Below are positions 30,765 through 39,896 of a DNA stretch of 64,000 nt, one piece after another. Where the stretch lies: NCBI GenBank assembly GCA_050290705.1, contig JBNKIC010000026.1:365699-429698 (forward strand), written 5' to 3'. The stretch is from Paracoccaceae bacterium (GTDB lineage: Bacteria; Pseudomonadota; Alphaproteobacteria; Rhodobacterales; Rhodobacteraceae). The stretch's first letter is position 1. The number at the start of each line of letters is the position of its first letter. The position numbers and the translations under genes were made by a program. Below the pieces are notes generated by a model. It was not told where the DNA came from, did not search any database, and worked only from the letters and a program-made list of their open reading frames with translations.

Positions 30765-30830
30765 GGGCAGTGTCTTTCGCTAATCTAAGGCCGGTGAATG
30801 GCTGGCCTCACCACGTATTATGCACGCTTG

Positions 30831-31496
30831 TCAGTCATATTCTGTTTGTAGGCGCTCATACTCATCCAGAATGGCGCGATATCTTCGATGAAACTCCGCG
30901 CGCTCGTCCCCGTGAAACGGAGTTCGGTCAATCGAAAATGCGATACCTCTGAACACATCGAGAATTCGAAATTCAGAAATGGGAAGGTCGGGAAATGTTT
31001 CGGCTATCAACCATAGTCCCAAACGTGCTGCATCTTCAGATAGTACCGTATCAGGGGCGAAATACGGGTACATAATTCGCTCCTCTTTTAACCCGTCTTT
31101 GACGGCCAGAAGGCTCTCAACCTTAACTGTCGCGTTAAGGTCAACAAGAGGGTGACGTCCTGAGATTTGCCTTCCTGGGGTGAATGGGGTGTTGGTCCAC
31201 CGCCTACGTTCGTTCCACCAGAGAAGAAAACCGTCGCGTAGTAACGGATAAAGCCTCTGTCGACGATTGTTCAGGGATATTAGATGCTCGACGCGCTCGT
31301 GCAGGTCAGCTTCGCCAAACGCATGAGCTTTGGCTCCAGCCCAAAATGGCGCATAGAAATCCCCGCCACCGCCGGTTTCTCCGTTCTCTTTAGCTCGATT
31401 GCCTCGTATGAGTATTCGCAATTCTTTGGTGAGTAGCGGAGGATCACAATACATCAGTTTTAGCAATTTGCTGAGGCTAATGCTGTTAATGGTCAT
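30831..31496 (-). CDS. Hypothetical protein (221 aa), AT-richer, likely horizontally acquired
   Basis: GAGGAG RBS upstream; long ORF in visibly lower-GC DNA; no family recognised with confidence. Confidence 0.75.
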   Translation of the reverse strand: MTINSISLSKLLKLMYCDPPLLTKELRILIRGNRAKENGETGGGGDFYAPFWAGAKAHAFGEADLHERVEHLISLNNRRQRLYPLLRDGFLLWWNERRRWTNTPFTPGRQISGRHPLVDLNATVKVESLLAVKDGLKEERIMYPYFAPDTVLSEDAARLGLWLIAETFPDLPISEFRILDVFRGIAFSIDRTPFHGDERAEFHRRYRAILDEYERLQTEYD

Positions 31497-31682
31497 CCGA
31501 ACAAAGCTCCTCTAAAAAAATACACGATACCTACAGCATATCATGCTTTTTCATTTTGGCACGTGTTGCCCCAGAGGCGCAGCTCAGCGCGATAAAATGG
31601 TGTTTCTGGGCAATGTCGTTCCCGCTCCCCCGCGACCGCCTGCCGCTTTCCTTCCGCGTCGAATGCCGCTAGCAAGGGCGGC

Positions 31683-32036
31683 ATGGAGATACGCGAAATT
31701 ATCTATGACGATGCCAAACCGGTCGAGGGCTATGGCCCCGGCTTTTTCCGTATTGCCGGCGAAGTGATCGAAGGCGCGGTGATCGTAACCGCGAGCTCGG
31801 CCCGCTCCTGGGCGGGCGAGGGCGATATGGCTGCGCTGACGGATCTGGCGGGCGAGATTGACGTGATCCTGTTTGGTGCCGGTGCCGAGATAACCGCGCT
31901 GCCAAAAGCGCTCACCGCCGCGGTCGAGGCCGCCGGAATGGGGCTGGAGCCGATGGCAAGCCCGGCTGCCTGCCGCACCTATAATGTTCTTGTGTCGGAA
32001 GGGCGTCGGGTGGCGCTCGCGGCGCTGCCGGTATGA
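31683..32036 (+). CDS. Mth938-like (DUF498) protein
   Basis: [36 protein letters not shown]. Confidence 0.88.
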   Translation: MEIREIIYDDAKPVEGYGPGFFRIAGEVIEGAVIVTASSARSWAGEGDMAALTDLAGEIDVILFGAGAEITALPKALTAAVEAAGMGLEPMASPAACRTYNVLVSEGRRVALAALPV

Positions 32037-32671
32037 GCGCGCCGATGGAACTGGCGGTCGAAGGGCTGACCGTTTCGCGTGGCGGCGTTCCGGTGCTGGA
32101 AGGGCTGTCTTTTACCCTCAATCCCGGTCAGGTTCTGGTGCTGCGCGGCCCCAACGGCTCTGGCAAGACCACGCTGCTGCGCACGCTCGCGGGGCTGCAA
32201 CCGCCAATGGCGGGCACGATCAGCCTGCCGCCAGAAGCGATCACCTATGGCGCCCATGCCGACGGGTTGAAATCCACCCTGAGCGTCGAGGAAAACCTGC
32301 GTTTCTGGGCGCAGGTCTACGGCACCAAAGACATCGAACCGGCGCTGGAGCGGTTCAATCTGCGCGGGCTGCGGATGCGCGCGGCGCAGAACCTCTCGGC
32401 CGGGCAAAAACGGCGGCTGGGGCTGGCGCGGCTCTTGGTCACCGGGCGGCCGATCTGGCTGCTCGACGAACCCACCGTCAGCCTTGATACCGCCTCGGTG
32501 GCGCTGTTTGCCGAAGCCGTGCGCGCCCATGTGGTGGCGGGTGGTGCTGCGCTCATTGCCACCCATATCGACCTCGGGCTAGAGGCGACGGTGTTTGACG
32601 TAACCCCCTTCAAGGCCGATCCCGACGCCCCCGGCGCGCTGGCCTCTCCGTTTGACGAGGCTTTCGCATGA
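32033..32671 (+). CDS. ccmA: Heme exporter ATP-binding protein
   Basis: [26 protein letters not shown]; first gene of the ccm cluster. Confidence 0.93.
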   Translation: MSAPMELAVEGLTVSRGGVPVLEGLSFTLNPGQVLVLRGPNGSGKTTLLRTLAGLQPPMAGTISLPPEAITYGAHADGLKSTLSVEENLRFWAQVYGTKDIEPALERFNLRGLRMRAAQNLSAGQKRRLGLARLLVTGRPIWLLDEPTVSLDTASVALFAEAVRAHVVAGGAALIATHIDLGLEATVFDVTPFKADPDAPGALASPFDEAFA

Positions 32672-33324
32672 TCGCTCTGCTGATCCGGGATTTGCGGCTG
32701 ACCGTGCGGGCCGGTGGCGGCTTCGGGCTGGGGCTGGCCTTCTTTCTGATCCTGGTCACACTGGTGCCCTTCGGGGTCGGGCCAGAGGCGGGTATCCTTG
32801 GCACGATCGCGCCCGGCATCCTCTGGGTTGGCGCGCTTCTGGCCTGCCTTCTGTCGCTCGACCGGATTTTTCAGCTCGATTTCGAAGATGGCTCGCTGGA
32901 TCTTCTGGCCACCGCCCCCCTGCCGATGGAAGGCGCCGTGGCGGTAAAGGCGCTGGCGCACTGGATCACCACCGGCCTGCCGCTGGTGATGGCAGCACCA
33001 CTGTTTGGCGTGTTGATGAACCTGCCCGCGCCCGGCCATTTCTGGGTGTTTTTCACCCTGCTTCTGGGCACCCCGGCGCTGAGCATGATTGGTGCCTTCG
33101 GGGCCGCGCTCACCGTTGGGCTGAAACGCGGCGGGCTGCTTTTGTCGCTCTTGGTGCTGCCGCTCTACATGCCCACGCTGATCTTCGGCGCCGAAGCCGC
33201 CACGCGCGGGATTGCGGGCTTTGATAATGCCGCGCCGCTTCTGATGCTGGGCGGGATCACCCTTGCCTCGGTGGCCTTTCTGCCCTTTGCTGCGGCTGCG
33301 GCGCTTCGTATCAACCTGCGATAA
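32668..33324 (+). CDS. ccmB: Heme exporter permease
   Basis: [34 protein letters not shown]. Confidence 0.94.
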   Translation: MIALLIRDLRLTVRAGGGFGLGLAFFLILVTLVPFGVGPEAGILGTIAPGILWVGALLACLLSLDRIFQLDFEDGSLDLLATAPLPMEGAVAVKALAHWITTGLPLVMAAPLFGVLMNLPAPGHFWVFFTLLLGTPALSMIGAFGAALTVGLKRGGLLLSLLVLPLYMPTLIFGAEAATRGIAGFDNAAPLLMLGGITLASVAFLPFAAAAALRINLR

Positions 33325-33375
33325 TGTGAACCGGAAAGACTTGCCCAGGCCCCGAGCCAGACATAGGAAACTGCC

Positions 33376-34152
33376 ATGACAGATCTGCATCGCACCAAAC
33401 AAGCCCGCGACCGCTGGAACTGGCTCTGGGAATGGGCCAATCCGGTGAAATTCATGTGGTTCTCCGGACTGGTTCTGCCCTGGCTGATCGGGCTCACCGT
33501 TCTACTTATGGGCACCGGGTTGATCTGGGGCTTTTTCTTCACCCCCGAGGCGGTGAATTTCGGCTCGTCGGTCAAGATCATCTATGTGCATGTGCCCTCG
33601 GCCACGATGGCTATTTCGGCCTGGTTCATGATGCTGGTGGCTTCGCTGATCTGGCTGATCCGGCGCCATCACGTCTCGGCCATGGCGGCCAAGGCGGCGG
33701 CCCCGGTGGGCATGATTTTCACCCTGATCGCGCTCATCACCGGGGCGGTCTGGGGCCAGCCGATGTGGGGCACCTGGTGGGCCTGGGATCCGCGCCTGAC
33801 CTCATTCCTCATCCTGTTTCTGTTCTATCTCGGCTATATGGCGCTTTGGGCGGCGATCGAGAACCCGGATACCGCCGCCGACCTCACCGCCGTTCTGGCC
33901 GTGGTCGGCTCGGTCTTCGCCTTTCTCAGCCGCTATGCGGTGAATTTCTGGAATCAGGGCCTGCATCAGGGCGCGAGCCTGTCGATGGACAGCGCCCAGC
34001 ATGTGGACGATGTTTATTGGCAACCGCTGGTGATCGCGCTCGTAGGCTTCGGGGCGTTCTTCGTGACCATGGTCTTCACCCGCACCCGCACCGAAATTCG
34101 CCTGCGCCGCCTGCACGCGCTCGAACTCCGCGAAAGGATGGCCGATGCTTGA
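33376..34152 (+). CDS. ccmC: Heme exporter/chaperone-loading protein
   Basis: IIYVHVP, WWD motif WGQPMWGTWWAWDPRLT, LHQ. Confidence 0.95.
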   Translation: MTDLHRTKQARDRWNWLWEWANPVKFMWFSGLVLPWLIGLTVLLMGTGLIWGFFFTPEAVNFGSSVKIIYVHVPSATMAISAWFMMLVASLIWLIRRHHVSAMAAKAAAPVGMIFTLIALITGAVWGQPMWGTWWAWDPRLTSFLILFLFYLGYMALWAAIENPDTAADLTAVLAVVGSVFAFLSRYAVNFWNQGLHQGASLSMDSAQHVDDVYWQPLVIALVGFGAFFVTMVFTRTRTEIRLRRLHALELRERMADA

Positions 34153-34309
34153 TCTGGGGAAATATGCAGGCTCCATTCTGGGCGCCTGGGGGGCAACGCT
34201 TGCGCTCATCGCCTTTGTCGTGGCGCTGACAATCATGCAATCGCGCAAGGCGCGCCGGATGCTGGATGCGGCTCAGGCGCGGCGCGATGAAAAGGGAAAA
34301 CAGGGATGA
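34145..34309 (+). CDS. ccmD: Heme exporter protein CcmD (54 aa; below the ORF-track cutoff)
   Basis: Translated by hand: MLDLGKYAGSILGAWGATLALIAFVVALTIMQSRKARRMLDAAQARRDEKGKQG; overlaps the ccmC stop and the ccmG start. Confidence 0.88.
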   Translation: MLDLGKYAGSILGAWGATLALIAFVVALTIMQSRKARRMLDAAQARRDEKGKQG

Positions 34310-34848
34310 AATTCAAACCGATGGTGGTGCTGCCGCCGCTGACATTTGCGGCGCTGGCGCTGGTGTTTTTCTTCGGCATGCAGCGCGACAATCCCGATGC
34401 GCTGCCCTCGACCCGTGAAGGCGGGCTGGCGCCTGCGCTGACCCTGACCGAACTGACCGGTGGCGAGCCCTTTACCGATGCCGATCTGGCCTCGGGCCAT
34501 GTGATCCTGGTGAATTTCTGGGCGAGCTGGTGCGCGCCCTGCCGCGCCGAGCATCCGCAGCTCACCAAGATGGCGCAGGACGGGATCGAGATTTACGGCA
34601 TCAACTACAAAGACAATTCCGCCAAGGCGCTGGATTTCCTTGATGAAATGGGCAACCCATTCGCGCGCCTTGCCGCTGATGCCTCTGGCCGCACCGGGCT
34701 GGATTGGGGGATCTACGGCGTGCCTGAAACCTTTATCATCGACGGCAACGGCCTCGTGGTGAAGCGCTTCGCCGGTCCGATCAGTGATTCCGTTCTGGCC
34801 AAGGTCATCCGTCCGGCGATTGCCGAAGCGGAATCCCATACCCACTGA
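34306..34848 (+). CDS. ccmG: Thiol:disulfide interchange protein DsbE/CcmG
   Basis: NFWASWCAPCRAEHP, GINYKD, YGVPETF. Confidence 0.93.
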   Translation: MKFKPMVVLPPLTFAALALVFFFGMQRDNPDALPSTREGGLAPALTLTELTGGEPFTDADLASGHVILVNFWASWCAPCRAEHPQLTKMAQDGIEIYGINYKDNSAKALDFLDEMGNPFARLAADASGRTGLDWGIYGVPETFIIDGNGLVVKRFAGPISDSVLAKVIRPAIAEAESHTH

Positions 34849-34887
34849 CCGCCACCCGGGATTTCCCCGGCTGAGCGACGCCCACAG

Positions 34888-34919
34888 ACCCCGCCCGTCA
34901 TCATGATGGGCGGGGTTTT
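34888..34919 (+). terminator. Terminator after the ccm operon
   Basis: ACCCCGCCCGTCA-TCA-TGATGGGCGGGGT-TTT. Confidence 0.65.
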
Positions 34920-34985
34920 CCATGCCCGGAAACCGCGCCAAACCAAACGGCTCAAAGCTCTAAATATGCAGCGGAGGGGGGGAGT

Positions 34986-35059
34986 TGGAGCGGGTGAAGG
35001 GAATCGAACCCTCGTATTCAGCTTGGGAAGCTGCTGCTCTACCATTGAGCTACACCCGC
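34986..35059 (-). tRNA. tRNA-Gly(CCC)
   Basis: GCGGGTGTAGCTCAATGGTAGAGCAGCAGCTTCCCAAGCTGAATACGAGGGTTCGATTCCCTTCACCCGCTCCA: 74 nt, full cloverleaf, encoded CCA. Confidence 0.97.
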
Positions 35060-35125
35060 AACGCCCGGTTCAGATACGAACTGGGACGGGCGGCGTCAAG
35101 AGTGTTCACGCCGCCTTTGCTTAGG

Positions 35126-35362
35126 CTATTTGCGCAGGGCCCGGGCCACCGCGATCAGGATGCTGGCGCCAATGATGCCGGCCACAAGGTAGCCAACAAT
35201 CCCGCCAAAGCTGATGCCGAGAAGTCCGAAGACGAAATTCGCAACGGCTGCGCCAACGATGCCAAGCACAACGTTGAGCACGAGCCCGCTGCTGCTTTTC
35301 ATCAGTGACGAAGCGATCCATCCGGCGATGCCGCCGACGATGATAGCTACGATCCAGCCCAT
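35126..35362 (-). CDS. GlsB/YeaQ/YmgE family membrane protein
   Basis: WIVAIIVGGIAGWIAS..MK...NVVLGIVGA...GA..LI pattern. Confidence 0.9.
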   Translation of the reverse strand: MGWIVAIIVGGIAGWIASSLMKSSSGLVLNVVLGIVGAAVANFVFGLLGISFGGIVGYLVAGIIGASILIAVARALRK

Positions 35363-35492
35363 TCCCATTCCTCTCTTCAAAGATAATTTATGTTTGTAGC
35401 GACTTAATTACCCGCATACGCAGGCACGGCGCAATGACGACTTTGCGGCAGGCTGCGGAGGAGGGCAGCGCTGCTCTCGCCCGGGGATTGCC

Positions 35493-35786
35493 TCAGCCGA
35501 AGAGCGCGCCGAATTGCATGGCTGTTTTGGTGTCGCCGGTGATTTTCAGCTTGCCGAAGAGCACGGCTTTCATCGGGTGAAGCGTCCCCGCGAGGATTTT
35601 CTCGAAAGTCTCCTGATCGGCGATCACCGCGCAATCGGCACGGGCATCCGAGATGCTCGCCTCAGACCCGATGATCAGCAGATTGCCGACATCCTTGATC
35701 CTCAGGCTCACAGATTTTTCGAAAAACGCATCCTTGAGCCGTTCGGTGAGTGCCGATTGCGCAAGGGTCAGAAATGTCGTGTCCAT
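35493..35786 (-). CDS. SCP2 sterol/lipid-binding domain protein
   Basis: ADC...ETFEKILAGTLHPMKAVLFGKLKITGD; GAGGAG RBS. Confidence 0.82.
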   Translation of the reverse strand: MDTTFLTLAQSALTERLKDAFFEKSVSLRIKDVGNLLIIGSEASISDARADCAVIADQETFEKILAGTLHPMKAVLFGKLKITGDTKTAMQFGALFG

Positions 35787-35878
35787 GGAGGCTCCTCTTT
35801 GCCCCGCCGATACCCCGCCCGGCAGGGCAGGCAAAGGCGGACGTTGCGTCGCCGAAGGGGCCCCCGGGCTGGGGCCGC

Positions 35879-37903
35879 CTAACGCCGCCGCCTGCGCCGC
35901 CCGCCCGCATCACCACCGCCGCCAGCACCAAAGCTCGGCTCGGGCAGCGGCACAAGCGCGCGCAGCCCGGTGAACGGGTCGGCCGAATTGGGCATCGCGG
36001 TGGCGGCGACGAAATGCTCCTGAAAGCGCGGCTCGACGGCGGTTTCGATCTTTTCGATCTTGCGCACCACCTCTTCGATCTCGGCCCGCGCGCCCCGGTT
36101 CAATAGCGCAATCCGCGCCCCGGTGCCCGCCGCGTTGCCCGCAGACGAGACCTTCTCCAGCGGCACATCGGGGATCATCCCCAGCACCATCGCGTGTTTG
36201 GCCGAGATATGCGCGCCAAAGGCCCCGGCCAGCACCACACGGTCAACATGATCGACCCCGCGCTTGTCCATCAACAGCCGGGCACCCGCATAAAGCGCCG
36301 CCTTGGCCATCTGAATGGCGCGAATGTCGTTATTGGTCACGGTGATGCGCGGCGTGGTCTCGTCGCCGTCCCAAAGCACATAGCTTTGCGTGCGCCCGTC
36401 GGCTATGCAGCGCTGCGTGCCCACCTCTTCGGCGGTGCCGATCAGCCCTTTTGCATCGACAATCCCGGCCATGCGCATTTCGGCCATGACCTCGATAATG
36501 CCAGAGCCGCAAATCCCGGTCAGGCCGGTGCCCGCAATCTCGTCGGCAAAGCCCGGCTCGTCTGACCAGATATCGCTCCCGATCACCCGAAAGCGCGGCT
36601 CTTTGGTCACCGGGTCGATCTCGACCCGCTCGATCGCCCCGGGGGCGGCGCGTTGGCCTTGCGAGATTTGCGCGCCCTCAAAGGCCGGGCCGGTGGGCGA
36701 GGAACAGGCCAGAACCCCGGTTTTATCACCCAGCAGAATCTCGGCATTGGTGCCCACATCGACCGCCAGCACCAGATCATCGGACTTATAGGGTTCCTCC
36801 GACAGCGCCATGGCAGCCGCATCGGCCCCCACATGCCCGGCGATCAGCGGCAGCACATAGGCGCGCGCGCCGGGGGCAAGGTTCAGGCCCAGTTCGCGGG
36901 CGGGCAGGCTCTGCGCCGAGCCGGTGGCCAGCGCAAACGGCGCCTGACCCAGCTCATAGGGATCGAGCCCAAGGAACAGGTGATGCATCACCGGGTTCAT
37001 CACGAAAGTGCTGTCGAGGATCGTATCGCGGGTCACCCCGGCCTCTTCGATCAGCGCATCAATCAGCCCGTTCAGCCCCTCGCGCACCGCGCCGGTCAGC
37101 TCGGCGGCGCCGTTCGGGTTCATCATCACATGGCTGACCCGGCTCATCACGTCTTCGCCATAGCGGATCTGCGGGTTCATCAGCCCGTTCGAGGCCACCA
37201 CTTCGCCGCTGGCCAAATCGACCAGATGCCCGGCAATGGTGGTCGAGCCAATGTCGACGGCCAGCCCATAGGCTTTGTCCTGAAAGCCGGGCCAGAGCGC
37301 GATGACCGTCGGCGCGCCTTGCAGCGACACCGCCGCCGTCACCGCCCATTTCCCGGCACGCAGAATCTTTTGAAGGACGGGCAGCAGGGCGAAATCAAAG
37401 CCGAGGCTGTCCAGTTCCATCTCGGCCTTCAGCACCGCCAGCAGCCGCTCCAGATCGCCGGTGGGGGCGTGCATGTCGGGCGCTTCCACCTCGACATAAT
37501 GCAGCCGCACCGCCGGATCGAGCGCGATGGCCCGCGCCTCGGCGCGTTTGCGCACCACCTGCTTGTGCACCTGACTTTCCGCCGGCACGTCGATCACCAC
37601 GTCGCCCATAATCTCGGCCTGACAGCCCAGCCGCCGCCCCGGTTTCAGCCCGCGCACCCGCTCATAGCGTTCTTCCACCGCATTCACCGGCGACAGCGCC
37701 GCTTCATCCACGGTGATCCCGTGTTTGGCATGGGTGCCGAAGCTCGGGGCGATCTGGCATTTCGAGCAGATCCCGCGCCGCCCGCAGACCGAATCGAGAT
37801 CGACGCCAAACTCGCGCGCGGCATCGAGCACTTTCGTGCCCTTGGCCACATGGCCGCGTTTGCCCGAAGGGGTGAAGATTACAAGGGGGTCTTTGTCTGT
37901 CAT
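35879..37903 (-). CDS. ASKHA-domain [2Fe-2S] protein (DUF4445, RACo-type corrinoid activator family)
   Basis: CGRRGICSKC...RLGC ferredoxin; AVDIGSTT, NPQIRYGEDVMSR, DVGTNAE, GPAFEG, GICGSG, LAGAFG, GNAAGTGA. Confidence 0.9.
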   Translation of the reverse strand: MTDKDPLVIFTPSGKRGHVAKGTKVLDAAREFGVDLDSVCGRRGICSKCQIAPSFGTHAKHGITVDEAALSPVNAVEERYERVRGLKPGRRLGCQAEIMGDVVIDVPAESQVHKQVVRKRAEARAIALDPAVRLHYVEVEAPDMHAPTGDLERLLAVLKAEMELDSLGFDFALLPVLQKILRAGKWAVTAAVSLQGAPTVIALWPGFQDKAYGLAVDIGSTTIAGHLVDLASGEVVASNGLMNPQIRYGEDVMSRVSHVMMNPNGAAELTGAVREGLNGLIDALIEEAGVTRDTILDSTFVMNPVMHHLFLGLDPYELGQAPFALATGSAQSLPARELGLNLAPGARAYVLPLIAGHVGADAAAMALSEEPYKSDDLVLAVDVGTNAEILLGDKTGVLACSSPTGPAFEGAQISQGQRAAPGAIERVEIDPVTKEPRFRVIGSDIWSDEPGFADEIAGTGLTGICGSGIIEVMAEMRMAGIVDAKGLIGTAEEVGTQRCIADGRTQSYVLWDGDETTPRITVTNNDIRAIQMAKAALYAGARLLMDKRGVDHVDRVVLAGAFGAHISAKHAMVLGMIPDVPLEKVSSAGNAAGTGARIALLNRGARAEIEEVVRKIEKIETAVEPRFQEHFVAATAMPNSADPFTGLRALVPLPEPSFGAGGGGDAGGRRRRRR

Positions 37904-38053
37904 GGCGCTCTCCGTTGTCGCCTTTGTAGCGCCGAAGGTGGTGGAAACAAGTACGGGCGCGACCTTTGGCCGCACGGCTGCGGCATGATCCGGGGCAGGG
38001 CGCGCACCAATCGGAAGGCCGCCCTTTCAAAACGATGTATTTCGTGCTATATA

Positions 38054-38065
38054 TTTCTACAGAAA
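38054..38065. promoter_or_regulatory. Palindrome in the TA promoter (probable autorepression operator)
   Basis: TTTCT-AC-AGAAA between a TATAT-like -10 element and the AAGGA RBS of the antitoxin. Confidence 0.45.
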
Positions 38066-38074
38066 GGAATTCGC

Positions 38075-38458
38075 ATGGCTCAACTTGCCCATATCCCCAC
38101 AGCTTCCCCCGCACGCGGGGTGGTTCTGACCAAGGCGGTGTTACGCGCGGCCGAGCGTCTGGGGCTGTCCGGCGGACGGCTGGGCGCGGTGATCGGGGTC
38201 AGCGCCCCGACGATTTCGCGGATGAAATCCGGTGCCCATGTGCTCGAAGAGGGTTCCAAGCCCTACGAACTGGCCGCCCTTTTGGTGCGGCTGTTCCGCT
38301 CGCTCGACGCGATCACCGGCGGCGATGAAGCCGTGGTGCGGGCCTGGATGAAGGCCCCCAACTCTGCGCTCGGCGATGCCCCGCGCGAGGCAATCCGCAG
38401 CATTTCAGGGCTGACACGTGTCACCGCCTATCTGGACGCCCGCCGCGCTCTCGTCTGA
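38075..38458 (+). CDS. Xre/MbcA/ParS-type antitoxin
   Basis: Real ORF is the last 127 aa of the listed 601-aa ORF. HTH LGAVIGVSAPTISRM; C-terminal WMKAPNSALG..P...GL..V.AYLDA. Confidence 0.85.
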   Translation: MAQLAHIPTASPARGVVLTKAVLRAAERLGLSGGRLGAVIGVSAPTISRMKSGAHVLEEGSKPYELAALLVRLFRSLDAITGGDEAVVRAWMKAPNSALGDAPREAIRSISGLTRVTAYLDARRALV

Positions 38459-39185
38459 GGCCGCGCCCTGGAAGGGGCGGGGCTGGCGATTGGTCGAGGC
38501 GCAGCATCGCATCTCGACCCTGAAGCTGGTCGATACCATCGCCGAGCAAGCGCTTCTGGAAGACATCCTTGAAGACACCAAACCGCCGGTGCCCGAACCC
38601 TGCCGGGGGCTGGATTACCTGCTTTCCACCCCGTTTCGCTACGATGCGCCCTATCCGCATGGCTCGCGTTTTCGCCGCGCTGGGATGACGCCGGGGGTGT
38701 TCTACGCCTCCGAACGGGTGGAAACCGCGCTGGCGGAAATGGTGTTTTATCGCTTCCTGTTCTATGCCGAGAGCCCGCAAACGCCCTGGCCCGACAATCC
38801 CGCCGAATATACCGCGCTGGCGGTCAAACTGGCGGTGACGGCGGCGCTTGATCTGACCAAGGGCGCGCTGGCCCGCGATGCCGCGCTCTGGACCGATCCG
38901 GTCGATTACGCCGCCTGCCAGGCGCTGGAAGAGGCGGCGCGCGATGGCGGTATTGGCCTTATCCGCTACGGCTCGGTGCGCGATCCGGGGGCGGGGATGA
39001 ACCTGGCCCTGCTCAGCTGTGAAGGTTTTGCCGCCCCGGCGCCGGTGGCCCGGCAAAGCTGGCATATCCGCCTTGGCCCGCTCGGGGCGCAGGCGCTCAG
39101 CGAGCATCCCGGCACCGGGCTGGGCTTCCCGCGCGAGGCCTTTGCGGGCGATCCCCGGCTTGCAGAAATGAAATGGGAGCGCTGA
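38418..39185 (+). CDS. RES-domain toxin (NAD+ phosphorylase/ADP-ribosyltransferase-like)
   Basis: WRLVE, GSRF, GVFYAS..ETALAE, Y.ACQ, IRYGSVRD..G.NLALL; overlaps the antitoxin. Confidence 0.88.
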   Translation: MSPPIWTPAALSSEAAPWKGRGWRLVEAQHRISTLKLVDTIAEQALLEDILEDTKPPVPEPCRGLDYLLSTPFRYDAPYPHGSRFRRAGMTPGVFYASERVETALAEMVFYRFLFYAESPQTPWPDNPAEYTALAVKLAVTAALDLTKGALARDAALWTDPVDYAACQALEEAARDGGIGLIRYGSVRDPGAGMNLALLSCEGFAAPAPVARQSWHIRLGPLGAQALSEHPGTGLGFPREAFAGDPRLAEMKWER

Positions 39186-39225
39186 TCGCGCTCCCGGTTT
39201 CGTGTCGTCCGATGGAAAGGGTCGC

Positions 39226-39867
39226 TTAGCGCGGCAGGGTCGACGCCTCGCGGGCCAGCGCTTCGATCCCGGCCCAATCTCCGGCCAGCATCAGCTCTTT
39301 CGGTGCCACCCAGCTGCCGCCGGCGCAGATCACGTTGGGCAGGCTCAGATAGCTCGCGGCATTGCCCGGGCTCACACCGCCGGTCGGGCAAAAGCGCACC
39401 TGCGGCAAGGGCGAAGCCAGCGATTTCAGGAACGGCGCACCGCCCGCAGCTTCCGCCGGAAAGAATTTCTGCACGCTATAGCCACGCTCCAACAGCCGCA
39501 TCGCTTCCGAGGCCGTGGCCGCCCCCGGCAGCAGCGGGAAATCCAGCGCTTCGCAGGCATCGAGCAGCGCATCGGTGGCCCCCGGCGATACGCCGAATTT
39601 CGCCCCGGCCGCTTTCGCCGCTTTCACGTCTTCGGCTGTTAGCAGCGTGCCCGCGCCGACGATCCCGCCGGGAACCTCAGCCATCTCCTCGATCACATCG
39701 AGCGCGGCCTTGGTGCGCAGGGTCACTTCCAGCACCGGCAGACCGCCTGCCACCAGCGCCGCGGCCAGCGGCTTGGCGTGGCTTGCGTCTTCCACCACCA
39801 GCACCGGAACAATCGGCGCCATGCGGCAAATGGCTTCGGTGCGCGTACTGGCTTCCTGCGGGGTCAT
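39226..39867 (-). CDS. eda: KDPG/KHG aldolase
   Basis: LEVTLRT, VGAGT, VSPG, KFFPA, FCPTGG, GGSW. Confidence 0.96.
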   Translation of the reverse strand: MTPQEASTRTEAICRMAPIVPVLVVEDASHAKPLAAALVAGGLPVLEVTLRTKAALDVIEEMAEVPGGIVGAGTLLTAEDVKAAKAAGAKFGVSPGATDALLDACEALDFPLLPGAATASEAMRLLERGYSVQKFFPAEAAGGAPFLKSLASPLPQVRFCPTGGVSPGNAASYLSLPNVICAGGSWVAPKELMLAGDWAGIEALAREASTLPR

Positions 39868-39896
39868 TCTGCTCTCCTCAATCTTTTTTCTGTCGC

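Noticed and set aside
34850-35059. Island integrated at tRNA-Gly(CCC)
   Set aside because: Core ccm genes follow directly, and no integrase or duplicated 3' end was seen in the window.
36653-38074. N-terminal 474 codons of the 601-aa ORF
   Set aside because: Antisense to the ASKHA gene; the real antitoxin starts at ATG 38075 after an AAGGA RBS.
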